DNA of 64,000 nucleotides from an uncultured Pelagibacteraceae bacterium (GCA_902539035.1 CACBHL010000001.1:30144-94143); one strand, 5' to 3'. Counted from the first letter of the stretch, positions 32,990 to 43,542 are shown. The notes: generated from the letters alone by a model not told the origin. A program made the numbers and translations.

Positions 32990-33760
32990 ATGAAATTTAT
33001 TATATTAGGGTGTGGTAGTTCAATGGGTGTACCAAGACCGGATGGTTTTTACGGTAACTGTGATCCAAATAATAAAAAAAACCATAGAACAAGATGTTCT
33101 GCTTTATTTCAAACTTCAGATGAAAATATTTTGATAGATACCTCACCAGACCTTAGACAGCAACTATTGAGACATAAAATTAAAAAGATAAATAAAGTGC
33201 TTTATTCACATATGCACGGCGATCAAACTCACGGTATTAACGATTTAAGATCTTTCTTTATTAATAGTAGAAAACCAATAGATGTTTATGCTGACAAATT
33301 TACCTCAAATTATCTTGTGAAAACTTTTTCTTATATTTTTAAAAGCTATACAAAAGAATATCCTGCAACATTAAAATTAAATAAATTAAAAAATGATTTT
33401 TCTACATTAAATAATAATAGGAAAATTAAAATTAAATCTGTTGAAGTTGATCATGGTAAAATTAGATCAAACTGCTTTATTATAGATAAGAAATTAGCTT
33501 ATATAAGCGATGTAAGTAAAATATATAAGAAAGATTATAAATATTTTAAAAATCTAAAATATTTAATAATTGATTGCTTGTGGTATAACTTTCATCCATC
33601 TCACTTTAATTTAGAAAACTCTTTATCAATGATTGAGGAATTTAAACCTAAAAGAGCTATTTTAACAAATTTATCACCGGTATTAGACTATAAAGTTTTA
33701 AAAAAACTTTTACCTAAAAATGTAATCCCAGCACATGATGGTTTAACAATTGAATTATAG
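32990..33760 (+). CDS. MBL-fold metallohydrolase (PhnP-like)
   Basis: LGCGSSMGVP, SHMHGDQTHG. Confidence 0.88.
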   Translation: MKFIILGCGSSMGVPRPDGFYGNCDPNNKKNHRTRCSALFQTSDENILIDTSPDLRQQLLRHKIKKINKVLYSHMHGDQTHGINDLRSFFINSRKPIDVYADKFTSNYLVKTFSYIFKSYTKEYPATLKLNKLKNDFSTLNNNRKIKIKSVEVDHGKIRSNCFIIDKKLAYISDVSKIYKKDYKYFKNLKYLIIDCLWYNFHPSHFNLENSLSMIEEFKPKRAILTNLSPVLDYKVLKKLLPKNVIPAHDGLTIEL

Positions 33761-34300
33761 TATACCTTCAATTTTTTTTATTAATTTACCAGACATAGGT
33801 TTAGTAAAAGATGCAAATGTATCTTCAATTTTACCTTCTTTATTAATCAATATTTTATAAAAATTCCATTTTGGAACTGCTGATTTTCCGTAGTTTTTTT
33901 TTGCCCATTTATAGATTTCATGTGCATTATCACCTTTAACTTCAGTAATAGTGGATAAAGGGAAGTTAATATTAAAATTTACCTCACAAAACTTTTTGAC
34001 TTCTTCGTTATCTTTTTTTTCTTGATTAAATGTATTTGAGGGTATGCCCAAGACTATTAAACCCTTTGATTTATAAGTGTCCCATAGTTCTTGTAATTCT
34101 TCATATTGATTAGTAAAACCACAATAACTTGCAGTATTAACTACTAGGACAGCTTTATTTTTATATTCTTTAAAATTTATTTTTTCTCCAGTTATGCTTT
34201 CTATGTTTAAGTCATGAAAAGTCTTTTCATACTCAGCTTTAGCTACATTATTAAAAAAAAACATAATTATTAATATACCACCTAAAAATATTTTGTTCAT
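33755..34300 (-). CDS. Glutathione peroxidase family protein (Cys type) with signal peptide
   Basis: VNTASYCGFT, PSNTFNQE, PKWNFYK. Confidence 0.92.
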   Translation of the reverse strand: MNKIFLGGILIIMFFFNNVAKAEYEKTFHDLNIESITGEKINFKEYKNKAVLVVNTASYCGFTNQYEELQELWDTYKSKGLIVLGIPSNTFNQEKKDNEEVKKFCEVNFNINFPLSTITEVKGDNAHEIYKWAKKNYGKSAVPKWNFYKILINKEGKIEDTFASFTKPMSGKLIKKIEGIL

Positions 34301-34309
34301 TTATTGTAA

Positions 34310-35491
34310 TTATTTTTTAGGTTTATTGGGCGTAAGGAGAATTAAAAAATATCCAAACAAAGTAGATAGTAATGACCCAGTTAGAACTCCTATTTTAACT
34401 CCATCCATATACTGCATGTTTTCCGCAAAAGCTAAATTTCCAACAAATAAACTCATTGTGAAACCGATACCGGTTAATACACCTACACCATAAAAATTGT
34501 ACCAGCTTGTATCATTAGGCATCTGTGCTATTTTTGTTTTAATAGAAACATAAGAAAAAATAAAAACACCCAGTTGTTTTCCAACAAATAATCCTAATAA
34601 AATTCCTAATGGTACTTTATTTAATAAAGACCCAAAAGTTAAACCTTCAAGAGAAACGCCTGCATTAGCGAAGGCAAATAATGGCATTATACCAAAGGCA
34701 ACATAAGGACTGATAGCATGTTCAATTTTAATTAATAATGAAAAATCTTTTTCTTTTTTCCTATGAGGTATTGTCATAGCTAACAAAACACCAGCAATGG
34801 TTGCGTGCACACCTGAGTTATGAGTAAAATCCCATAGAAACAATCCTACAATCAAGTAGGGTAAAAATTTTTTTATATTAAATTTATTGATCAATAATAA
34901 AATGATAAATGCTGTTAGCATTAGAGTTAAATATTTAATACTTAAGTCACCTGAGTAGAAAAGAGCTATAATAACTATTGCTCCTAAGTCATCTATAATA
35001 GCTAGTGCAGTTAAAAAAACTTTTAAAGATAAAGGTACTCTTTTTCCAAGTAGCGACAAAACACCTAACGAGAAAGCTATATCTGTAGCTGAAGGTATAG
35101 CCCATCCTTTTAAAGTTTCACTGTCTCCAAAATTTATAAAAACATAAAATAATGCAGGTACTAACATTCCACCAACTGCAGCAATTATTGGAAGTAGGGC
35201 TTGTTTTATATTTGAAAGTTCTCCTTGTAAAAATTCTCTTTTAATCTCAAGCGTTACAAAGAAGAAAAATATTGCCATCAAAGCATCATTAATCCAATGA
35301 ATTACAGATAATTTTAATCCAAAATTATTAACACCAATAAATAGATATTTATTTAATGTTGAAAAGTATAAATCTGCTAGGTTTGAATTGCTTATAAATA
35401 AAGCAACAATGGCAGCAAATAACAAAACTAATCCACTAGCTGCCTCTAATTTAAAGAACCATTTAAAAGGTTTTGAAATATAATTGATCAT
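34310..35491 (-). CDS. nhaA: Na+/H+ antiporter NhaA
   Basis: WINDALM, ATDIAF, LAIIDDLG, GIGFTMS. Confidence 0.96.
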   Translation of the reverse strand: MINYISKPFKWFFKLEAASGLVLLFAAIVALFISNSNLADLYFSTLNKYLFIGVNNFGLKLSVIHWINDALMAIFFFFVTLEIKREFLQGELSNIKQALLPIIAAVGGMLVPALFYVFINFGDSETLKGWAIPSATDIAFSLGVLSLLGKRVPLSLKVFLTALAIIDDLGAIVIIALFYSGDLSIKYLTLMLTAFIILLLINKFNIKKFLPYLIVGLFLWDFTHNSGVHATIAGVLLAMTIPHRKKEKDFSLLIKIEHAISPYVAFGIMPLFAFANAGVSLEGLTFGSLLNKVPLGILLGLFVGKQLGVFIFSYVSIKTKIAQMPNDTSWYNFYGVGVLTGIGFTMSLFVGNLAFAENMQYMDGVKIGVLTGSLLSTLFGYFLILLTPNKPKK

Positions 35492-35495
35492 AAAA

Positions 35496-35987
35496 TTATG
35501 AAAGGTCTATAATAAATAGTTTAATATCTTTCAATGTTTCATATAGGCTGAATAATAACACTTCTAATCCTGGAAATATGTTTATTAAAGGTGTTTTTAG
35601 AGTGTCTAATAAAATAATTAGTGCACTTAATGAAATTATAAAAACAATTAAATATGAAAAAAACTTACTACTTTGAGTTTTTTTAACTAATTCAGGTTTA
35701 CTTTCAGTTTTTTTGATAGATTGTAATTCAGATTTTGATTTTTTATACTCATTAACCGGTTGTTTTATTTCTTGATCATTATATTTATCATTAACTGAAT
35801 TGTCACTTTCTTCATTTTCTTTGATAGTAATATCCTCATTAATTTGTGGAGGTTCTTGTATTGGATCATCTTTTTTGTAAAACCAAATACGATCGCAAGA
35901 ACCACATTGTAAATTGCGACCCTCGGCAGGGATTAAATTTATATCAATATTGAATTTTTTTTTTTTACAGGGACATTCAATAATCAT
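35496..35987 (-). CDS. MJ0042-type zinc-ribbon membrane protein
   Basis: N-terminal CPC...QCGSC, low-complexity linker, C-terminal TM helix. Confidence 0.7.
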   Translation of the reverse strand: MIIECPCKKKKFNIDINLIPAEGRNLQCGSCDRIWFYKKDDPIQEPPQINEDITIKENEESDNSVNDKYNDQEIKQPVNEYKKSKSELQSIKKTESKPELVKKTQSSKFFSYLIVFIISLSALIILLDTLKTPLINIFPGLEVLLFSLYETLKDIKLFIIDLS

Positions 35988-36080
35988 AAATTCTTATATA
36001 CCAGATATTTATTAAAATTCTTTTAATTTTGAAACTTTAATCGTTGAAAATATCAATAACTACTGTATTAGTAATGCTCT

Positions 36081-36157
<77 letters not shown>

Positions 36158-36162
36158 TCTTT

Positions 36163-36444
36163 ATGAGAAAAGCTATAATTTATATTCCAAACAAAAGTCC
36201 AATGCAATCAGGTCTTGCAAAAACTAACAAATGGATCTTAGAATTTAAAACAAAAGACCCAACAACGAATCCACTTATGGGATGGGAAAGTTCTGATGAT
36301 ACTTTAACTGAGTTAAAATTAGAATTTTCATCCAAAGAACTTGCAATAAATTATGCAAAAAAGAAAAAAATAGAATACGAGCTAATTGAACCAAAAAAAA
36401 GAAAAACTGTAAAAAAATCTTATGCAGATAATTTCTTAAAATAA
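36163..36444 (+). CDS. ETC complex I accessory subunit (NDUFS4-like)
   Basis: MQSG, NPLMGW, KSYADNF motifs. Confidence 0.9.
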   Translation: MRKAIIYIPNKSPMQSGLAKTNKWILEFKTKDPTTNPLMGWESSDDTLTELKLEFSSKELAINYAKKKKIEYELIEPKKRKTVKKSYADNFLK

Positions 36445-36448
36445 TTAT

Positions 36449-37441
36449 ATGTTTAGATTTTTTACTGAAAGAAATTGGTATCTCTGGTCGTGGCTAGGTT
36501 CTGCCATAATACTTTCATCACTTTGGATTCAAGTTAAAATTGATGTTAAAATTAATGAATGGTTTGGTGAATTTTACGATATGATTCAAAAAGCATTGGG
36601 AGCTCCTAATGCAATAACTATTGAAGAATATTGGGCAAGCTTATTATCATTTATAATTTTAGCAGCTATGTACGTTGGTGTTGCAGTTTTAGTTAGTTTT
36701 TTTACTTCACATTATTTATTTAGATGGAGAGCTGCTATGGTTGAGTGGTATCATTCAGTCTATGACAAGGCCCGTAAAATAGAGGGGGCTGCACAAAGAG
36801 TTCAAGAAGATACCATAAAATTTTCAAGGATAATGGAGTCATTAGGAACTAGTTTGATTGAAGCTTTAATGATTTTAATTGAATTTATGCCAATTTTATT
36901 TGGCTTAAGTATCGGTATTCCTATTTTCTTTTTTGGTGATTGGGATTATGGTTTAATTGTTGGTGCCCTTATTTGGTCTATTGGAGGTACGATTTTTCTT
37001 ATAATTTTAGGTTTAATTTTAAGATTAGTAGGAGTTGAGTATGATTTACAAAAAAAAGAAGCAGCTTACAGAAAAATATTAGTTATAGCTGAAGATGATG
37101 GAACCATAAGACCAAAAACTATAGACGAATTATTTGAAGATGTAAGAAGCATTCATTACTTAAGTTATTTGAGATATTTATATTTCAATATTGGAAGAAT
37201 TGCTTATTTACAGGCTAATGTTTTATCTGCTTATGTATTTTTAGCACCAGCAATAGTTGCAGGTGCTGTCACTTTGGGTGTAATGCAACAGATAATTAGA
37301 GCATTTGGAAGAGTAGAGGGATCAATGCAATACATATTAAAAGCTTGGCCCACAATAATAGAGCTAGCCAGTGTTTACAAACGTTTAAGAGAATTTGAAT
37401 ATAAAATAAAACAAGATGAATTTATTGATTATAAAATCTAA
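36449..37441 (+). CDS. SbmA/BacA-like peptide transporter
   Basis: IEGAAQRVQEDT, EAAYRK, ELASVYKRLREFE. Confidence 0.88.
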   Translation: MFRFFTERNWYLWSWLGSAIILSSLWIQVKIDVKINEWFGEFYDMIQKALGAPNAITIEEYWASLLSFIILAAMYVGVAVLVSFFTSHYLFRWRAAMVEWYHSVYDKARKIEGAAQRVQEDTIKFSRIMESLGTSLIEALMILIEFMPILFGLSIGIPIFFFGDWDYGLIVGALIWSIGGTIFLIILGLILRLVGVEYDLQKKEAAYRKILVIAEDDGTIRPKTIDELFEDVRSIHYLSYLRYLYFNIGRIAYLQANVLSAYVFLAPAIVAGAVTLGVMQQIIRAFGRVEGSMQYILKAWPTIIELASVYKRLREFEYKIKQDEFIDYKI

Positions 37442-38382
37442 TGACCATTGACAAAAAATTTATAGATCAATTTGTGAACGTCACATCGAAAGCAGCAATA
37501 TCTTCTTATCAATTAGTTGGAAAAAACGACAAAGTAGCAGCAGATAAAGCAGCTGTAGATTCGATGAGAAAAGAATTAAATCATTTAGATATTAATGGTG
37601 AAATAGTTATTGGTGAAGGAGAACTCGATGAAGCTCCAATGCTATATATTGGTGAAAAAGTTGGAACCACTAACGGTCCTGAAATAGATATAGCGGTTGA
37701 TCCACTAGAGGGTACTAATTTTGCTGCAAATAATCTTCCAGGTGCTTTATCTGTAATTGCAATTGCAGAAAAAAATAATCTTTTTAATGCTCCTGAAACA
37801 TATATGGAAAAAATTTCTGCAAAAGTAAAAGAAAAGGGTGTCGTTGATTTAGATTATTCTGTAAAGGAAAATATTTTTAATTTATCTGAATATTTAAACA
37901 AAAAACCTGAAAATATTACTGCGTGCGTTATGGACAGACCCAGGCACAAAAATATTATCAATAATTTAAATAAATTAGGTGTTAACATAAAATTAATTAC
38001 TGACGGTGATGTATCGGGTGCTCTGTTAGTAACTGATGATAAATATAACGTTGATATTTTTCTCGGTATAGGGGGTGGTCCAGAAGGTGTTTTAGCTTCT
38101 GCTGCTCTTGATACTTTTAATTGTATTTTTCAGGGGAGATTTTTATTTGATACTGTTGAAGACAAAATAAGAGCTCACAAAATGGGAATTAAAAATTTAA
38201 CAAAAAAATATGAATTGAATGAAATAGTTAAAGGAGACTCAATTTTTTGCGCAACCGGCATAACATCAGGAGATTTAGTTTCAGGAATAAAAAACGAAAA
38301 TAATGAATTCATTTCAGAAACTTTGGTTACGCATAAGAGCTCAGGTATGAAAAAAGTAATTAAAAAAGTTGTAAATAGATGA
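37441..38382 (+). CDS. glpX: Class II fructose-1,6-bisphosphatase
   Basis: VIGEGELDEAPML, DPLEGT, DGDV, GGGPEGV. Confidence 0.95.
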   Translation: MTIDKKFIDQFVNVTSKAAISSYQLVGKNDKVAADKAAVDSMRKELNHLDINGEIVIGEGELDEAPMLYIGEKVGTTNGPEIDIAVDPLEGTNFAANNLPGALSVIAIAEKNNLFNAPETYMEKISAKVKEKGVVDLDYSVKENIFNLSEYLNKKPENITACVMDRPRHKNIINNLNKLGVNIKLITDGDVSGALLVTDDKYNVDIFLGIGGGPEGVLASAALDTFNCIFQGRFLFDTVEDKIRAHKMGIKNLTKKYELNEIVKGDSIFCATGITSGDLVSGIKNENNEFISETLVTHKSSGMKKVIKKVVNR

Positions 38383-38451
38383 TGTTGATCATTATAACAA
38401 ATCTATTAATGCTTGATTAATATACTTTTTTACAATAAAAAGCAGCAATTC

Positions 38452-38526
38452 GGTCCCTTCGTCTATCGGTTAGGACACGTGGTTTTCATCCTCGAAAGAG
38501 GGGTTCGATTCCCCTAGGGACCGCCA
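38452..38526 (+). tRNA. tRNA-Glu(TTC)
   Basis: 75 nt, GGTCCCT...AGGGACC-G-CCA, anticodon loop TTTTCAT, T arm AGGGG-TTCGATT-CCCCT. Confidence 0.93.
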
Positions 38527-38531
38527 TAAAT

Positions 38532-38786
38532 ATGTTTTATTATGTTTATATGCTGAAAAGCATTACTCCAGGTACAAAAAAAACATACGTAGGATATTCA
38601 AATAATGTTAATTTACGTTTAAATAAGCACAATTCAAATAAGGGAGCTAAATCAACTAAAGGTTATAAATGGATTTTGATTTATAAAAAAAGATTTAAAA
38701 GCAAAGTAGATGCTATGAAATTTGAATACAAACTAAAATCAAATAAAGTTCAAAGAAAAATAATCTTAGAAAGTTATAGTAAATGA
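38532..38786 (+). CDS. Stand-alone GIY-YIG nuclease (UPF0213/Slx1-like)
   Basis: YYVYML..TYVG, RLNKHN, GAKST, E..LK. Confidence 0.88.
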   Translation: MFYYVYMLKSITPGTKKTYVGYSNNVNLRLNKHNSNKGAKSTKGYKWILIYKKRFKSKVDAMKFEYKLKSNKVQRKIILESYSK

Positions 38787-40909
38787 AAATTTCAATTTTA
38801 CTTCCTTATAAAGAAAATTTTACCTCTGGAAAGGCAGGTGCTGTTTCATTATTTGTCAATGATATTACTTCAAAAAGTTACTATAAAAAAAATACATTTA
38901 TATTTGGAAATACTCAATCCAATAACCCTCTTTCAAAAAATTATATAAATCTAGATCTAACAAATAAATTTTACCAAAGTAAAAGTAAACAGTATGTAAA
39001 GACCTTTATTAATTATGAGACAAAAATTAATTCAGATTTAATAGAAGTTCATAATAGACCAAACTACATTAGCTTAATTAAAAAAAAATTAAATAAAAAA
39101 ATATTTCTATATTTTCATAATGATCCTTTATCGATGAATGGGTCAAAAAAAATACAGGAAAGAATTTACTTAATAAATAATGTAGATAAAATCATTTTTA
39201 ATAGTAAATGGTCACAGAAAAGATTTTTTATTAACCTTCCAAATGAACAATTATTATTAAATAAATCAGCAGTTTGCTATCAATCATCATCAAAAGTAAA
39301 AATTAATTTTAAAAAAAAAGAAAAAATAATTACTTTTGTTGGCAAATTAAATCGTGCAAAAGGTTATGACTTATTTGGTGAGGCTATAATAAAAATACTT
39401 AATAAACATAAGACATGGACAGCCGAAGTTTATGGGGATGAGCCTAGAGAAAAATTGTTTTTTCAACATAAAAATTTAAATATATTAGGTTTTAAAACTA
39501 ATAAATATATTTTAAACAATTTAAAAAAAACTAGTATTTCAGTTGTCTGCTCTAGATGGGACGAACCATTTGGAAGAACTAGCTTAGAAGCCACGAGTAG
39601 AGGTGTTGCTGTCATAATTAGTAATAAAGGTGGTTTACCTGAGACAGCAAAAAATGCAGTTATTTTAAATACTTTAAACTCACAAAACTTGTATAGAGCT
39701 ATAGATAATTTAATAAAAGATAAAACTAAATTAATTAATTTACAGAAAAAAAATTACAATGATTTTATCTTTACCCATAAGTATATTGCAAATATTATTG
39801 ATACAATAAGAAAGGAATTAATTGATAAAAGTTCTTTAAATCAATTTAACATAAAAAAAAACAATATTTTCAAAATACTTCACGTTACGAACTTAAATCA
39901 AAGATTTAATGGAAGACTTCATTATAACACGGGAAGACGAATAAATAATGGTTTTGTAAGACTTGGACATAACGTTTTAACACTTAGTGATAGAGATATA
40001 ACTAATAGAAGTAAAAATATTAATGATATAAGAGGAAAAAAAACATTACAAAAATCAATAATTGAGGCAAATTTATATTTTAATGCTGACTGTATTATTT
40101 TAGGGCATGCTGACTCTGTTAGTGTTGAAACACTTGATTTTTTAAAAAATAACAACAAACATCTTAGGATAGCACAGTGGTTTCTAGATCCTTTGGGTAA
40201 AAGCGGGCCAGATTTTAAAAAAAATAATCTAAGGATTGCTGATAAACAGAAATTTTTAGATGCTACTTTTTTGACATCACATCCTAGTGTTTTGAAGAAA
40301 AAAATTAATAATTCTTATTATATACCTAACCCATGTGATGTATCTTTTGAAACGTTAAAGAATTATAAAAATGAATGTTCAAACGATGTTTTTTTTGCAA
40401 TGAGCCATGGGGTGCATAGGGGAGAATTAAAAATAGGTAAATCTGATGACCGAGAATTATTTATAAATAAATTAATAAATAAAAATAAAAATAAAAATAT
40501 AATATTTGATATCTACGGCATGAACAATGTTCAGCCGGTATGGGGAAGTGAATTCTTAGATAAAATTTCAAATTCATCGATGGGACTAAATTTAAGCAGG
40601 GGAATGCCTGTAAAATATTATAGCAGTGATAGGATATCACAACTTATAGGCAATGGACTACTAACTTTTATTGATAGAAAAACTAAATTAGATGATTTTT
40701 TTTCCAAGGATCAAATTATATTTTACAATAATATAGAGGATCTTAGTTATAAAATTAATAAATATAAGAAAGATGCTAAAGAGAGAAAACGTATAGCAAA
40801 AAATGGTAATGATTTTTATTTAAAAGAATTTAATTCTACTTTAGTAAGTGAATTTATACTCAATAAAACTTTTGATATAAAAAGCAAAAAAAAATTTGTT
40901 TGGGAATAA
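38783..40909 (+). CDS. Two-module glycosyltransferase (GT4-like plus CgeB/Glyco_trans_1_2-like)
   Basis: EPFGRTSLEA and GGLPE in N-half; YYSSDR and RKRIAKNG in C-half. Confidence 0.8.
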   Translation: MKISILLPYKENFTSGKAGAVSLFVNDITSKSYYKKNTFIFGNTQSNNPLSKNYINLDLTNKFYQSKSKQYVKTFINYETKINSDLIEVHNRPNYISLIKKKLNKKIFLYFHNDPLSMNGSKKIQERIYLINNVDKIIFNSKWSQKRFFINLPNEQLLLNKSAVCYQSSSKVKINFKKKEKIITFVGKLNRAKGYDLFGEAIIKILNKHKTWTAEVYGDEPREKLFFQHKNLNILGFKTNKYILNNLKKTSISVVCSRWDEPFGRTSLEATSRGVAVIISNKGGLPETAKNAVILNTLNSQNLYRAIDNLIKDKTKLINLQKKNYNDFIFTHKYIANIIDTIRKELIDKSSLNQFNIKKNNIFKILHVTNLNQRFNGRLHYNTGRRINNGFVRLGHNVLTLSDRDITNRSKNINDIRGKKTLQKSIIEANLYFNADCIILGHADSVSVETLDFLKNNNKHLRIAQWFLDPLGKSGPDFKKNNLRIADKQKFLDATFLTSHPSVLKKKINNSYYIPNPCDVSFETLKNYKNECSNDVFFAMSHGVHRGELKIGKSDDRELFINKLINKNKNKNIIFDIYGMNNVQPVWGSEFLDKISNSSMGLNLSRGMPVKYYSSDRISQLIGNGLLTFIDRKTKLDDFFSKDQIIFYNNIEDLSYKINKYKKDAKERKRIAKNGNDFYLKEFNSTLVSEFILNKTFDIKSKKKFVWE

Positions 40910-40915
40910 TAAATT

Positions 40916-41800
40916 GTGTTTTCAATAATTATACCTACGTTAAATAATCTAGATTATTTAAAATTATGTATAAAGAGTATTAAAAAAAACTCGTATTATA
41001 ACCATGAAATTATAGTGCATGCTAACATAGCAGAGGATGGTACATTAGATTATTTGAGGGAAAATAAAATAAAATATACTCACACCTCATATAATTCTGG
41101 AATACCAGAGGGGGTAAATACAGCGGCTTCTAAAGCTACAACAAAATATATTGTTTATGGTCATGATGATTTTTATTTCTTACCAGGTTGGGATACTGCT
41201 TTTTTTAAGGAAATTAAAAGTTTTTCAAATAATTTATATTATTTATCAGGCACAATGGTTCAAAATGGACAAGTTGTTTTAGATTGTGGAGATAAACTTG
41301 AAAACTTTAATGAAGAAAAAATTTTGAATGAGCATAAAAATATTAAATATTATGATTTTCAAGGCTCTACTTGGGCGCCTCATTTAATTCACAAAGAAAT
41401 ATGGGACAAAATAGGGGGTTTCAGTGAAGAATATTTTCCTGGAACGGGTTCGGATCCAGATTTAAATATGAAGTTGTGGAACATAGGTGTTAGGATTTTC
41501 AAAGGACTTCAGGACTGTAAAGTATATCATTTTGGATCTATTGTAACTCGTAAATTTAAAGATAAAAATATGAAAACTGAGTCTGGCAGCAAAGGAGATA
41601 AAATTTTTTTAAAAAAATGGGGTTTTAAAATTAAATTTTTTACTAAATTTTATTTAAGAGGCTGTATTTCAAAAAATGGAAGGATATATTGCAATAAATT
41701 TGATGGTCCCTTGCAGTCACCCAAAAAAAATATTAACTATTTTTACAATCTTTTTTTGAGCAAAATTGCTCTTTTTTACTACAAATTTATTTTAAAATGA
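40916..41800 (+). CDS. Glycosyltransferase family 2
   Basis: SIIIPT, DGT, HDD, GGFSEEY; GTG start. Confidence 0.88.
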   Translation: MFSIIIPTLNNLDYLKLCIKSIKKNSYYNHEIIVHANIAEDGTLDYLRENKIKYTHTSYNSGIPEGVNTAASKATTKYIVYGHDDFYFLPGWDTAFFKEIKSFSNNLYYLSGTMVQNGQVVLDCGDKLENFNEEKILNEHKNIKYYDFQGSTWAPHLIHKEIWDKIGGFSEEYFPGTGSDPDLNMKLWNIGVRIFKGLQDCKVYHFGSIVTRKFKDKNMKTESGSKGDKIFLKKWGFKIKFFTKFYLRGCISKNGRIYCNKFDGPLQSPKKNINYFYNLFLSKIALFYYKFILK

Positions 41801-42549
41801 AAATTGATAAAAAAGTAAAAGAAGCTATATTTTTTAAAAAAAATACGCCTTTTAAATTTATATATTTTTTTTTTAATAAATTATTTTCTTATTTTAAATA
41901 TAATAAATCCTATTCGCAGGGCTCAATGGATTTAATTCTTCTAAATATATTTAAAAATAAAAAAAAAGGAACTTATGTTGATGTGGGTTGCCAACATCCA
42001 ATTAGAAATAATAATACATATCTTTTATTTAAACAAGGTTGGTCTGGAGTAAATATAGATTTAGATAAAATTAATATTGAACTTTTCAACTACAATAGAC
42101 CAAATGATTATAACATAAATTCTGCTGTATCAGATAAAATTGAGGAAGTTGATCTTTTTTATTATCATCAAAAATCTCCGATTAACACATTAAGCAAAGA
42201 TGTAAGTAATAAACATGATGTCAAGATTGAAAAAGTTATCAAAATTAAAACTAATACACTTACAGAAATAATTGATAATACCAAAATCAAGGAAATTGAC
42301 ATCTTGTCTATTGACGTTGAAGGTTTTGAATTAAAAGTCCTTAGTGGTTTAGATTTTTCAAAATACAAACCAAAAGTAATTATAGTAGAATTTTTGGATT
42401 TAAGTTCTACAAAATGGGAAATTCCATATAATAATTTTAATAATGTAATTAACTCAAAAATTTATCAGTTTTTAATATCGAAAAATTATAAATTTGTTAA
42501 TTGGGTTAATGGTGATTTAGTTTTTGTTTCTGAAAATTTTACAGGTTAA
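41797..42549 (+). CDS. FkbM family methyltransferase
   Basis: YSQ, YVDVG, LSIDVEGFE motifs. Confidence 0.88.
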   Translation: MKIDKKVKEAIFFKKNTPFKFIYFFFNKLFSYFKYNKSYSQGSMDLILLNIFKNKKKGTYVDVGCQHPIRNNNTYLLFKQGWSGVNIDLDKINIELFNYNRPNDYNINSAVSDKIEEVDLFYYHQKSPINTLSKDVSNKHDVKIEKVIKIKTNTLTEIIDNTKIKEIDILSIDVEGFELKVLSGLDFSKYKPKVIIVEFLDLSSTKWEIPYNNFNNVINSKIYQFLISKNYKFVNWVNGDLVFVSENFTG

Positions 42550-43502
42550 AATTTAATATTATTTAACGCATTATTTTTAAATAAATTTGCTTCTTTAATA
42601 TATCTTCTTACCATTTCTGATGATTTATGACCAGTCATAGACATTATACTTCTTTCATCCGCTCCAGAATCTGCTGCAGATGTTGCAAAGCCCGATCTTA
42701 AACTATGTCCTGAGTAATTGTTGCTTTCTATCCCGGCTAATTTTAAATATTCTTTTATAAGTAGAGCAACTGTTTGGTCAGTTAATCTATTTTTTGATAA
42801 TTTTGATCCTTTAGTAAAACGTCTAAACAATGCTCCAGAACTTATTTTTGATATTTCAATCCATTTTCGAATTGAAAATACTGGGCAATACTGTGAATTG
42901 TTAAAGTAGGGGATTCCTTTCACTGAACCTTCTCCGAATTGATCCGTTTTAGATCTCCTGAGTTTAATTTTAAGACCCTCTTCTACAAAATCGAGATCTT
43001 CATAGTCTAATGAAACTATCTCATTTCTTCTAAAACCACCTGCAAATCCAATTAATATAATTGACCTATTTCTTATTTTTTTTATTTCTTCCTTTTTTTG
43101 TTCATCAATTGCATTAATAATTTGTTTTAAACTATTGATTAATAACGGTTTTTTACCCTTTTGAATACTTCCTTTTCTTCTTTTTATACCCATTATATTT
43201 TCAATAATTGATGGGTGTTTTGTATCTAAATAGTGACCTTTAAGCTTATGTATAACGCCTATTGATACCAATCTTCTTTTTAAAGTGCTCATTTTAACTT
43301 CTTTAGTTGATAAATGAGTTAAATATAATGAAACTATTTTTGGTTCTGATGGAAGAGATTTAAAACCATTTTGTTCGCAGAATAAACTGAAGTCTTTGAA
43401 ATCTGATTTATAAGCTCTTACAGTGTTGATTGCCTTTGAGCTTTGAAGATTTAACAATGTTTCTTCTTTTAACGCTTTTATGTCAGTTATTAGATTATTC
43501 AT
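42546..43502 (-). CDS. Tyrosine recombinase, Cre-like architecture
   Basis: Catalytic set R (GGFRRNE), K (RRSKTDQ), HxxR (SGHSLR), H (TGH), Y (RRY); helical core-binding N-domain. Confidence 0.92.
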   Translation of the reverse strand: MNNLITDIKALKEETLLNLQSSKAINTVRAYKSDFKDFSLFCEQNGFKSLPSEPKIVSLYLTHLSTKEVKMSTLKRRLVSIGVIHKLKGHYLDTKHPSIIENIMGIKRRKGSIQKGKKPLLINSLKQIINAIDEQKKEEIKKIRNRSIILIGFAGGFRRNEIVSLDYEDLDFVEEGLKIKLRRSKTDQFGEGSVKGIPYFNNSQYCPVFSIRKWIEISKISSGALFRRFTKGSKLSKNRLTDQTVALLIKEYLKLAGIESNNYSGHSLRSGFATSAADSGADERSIMSMTGHKSSEMVRRYIKEANLFKNNALNNIKF

Positions 43503-43505
43503 ATT

Positions 43506-43542
43506 TATTACTATTGATAACCATTAATTATCGTTAGTAATA
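43506..43542. repeat. lox-like inverted repeat, putative recombinase binding/crossover site
   Basis: TATTACTATTGATAA-CCATTAA-TTATCGTTAGTAATA; arms match 13/15; 3 bp from the recombinase start codon. Confidence 0.75.

Noticed and set aside
33755-34300. Selenocysteine glutathione peroxidase
   Set aside because: The active site is an ordinary Cys codon (TASYCG) with no in-frame TGA.
41860-41880. Poly-T tract in the FkbM gene as a phase-variation switch
   Set aside because: A/T runs of 8-10 nt occur throughout the window, including in core genes, and the frame is intact.
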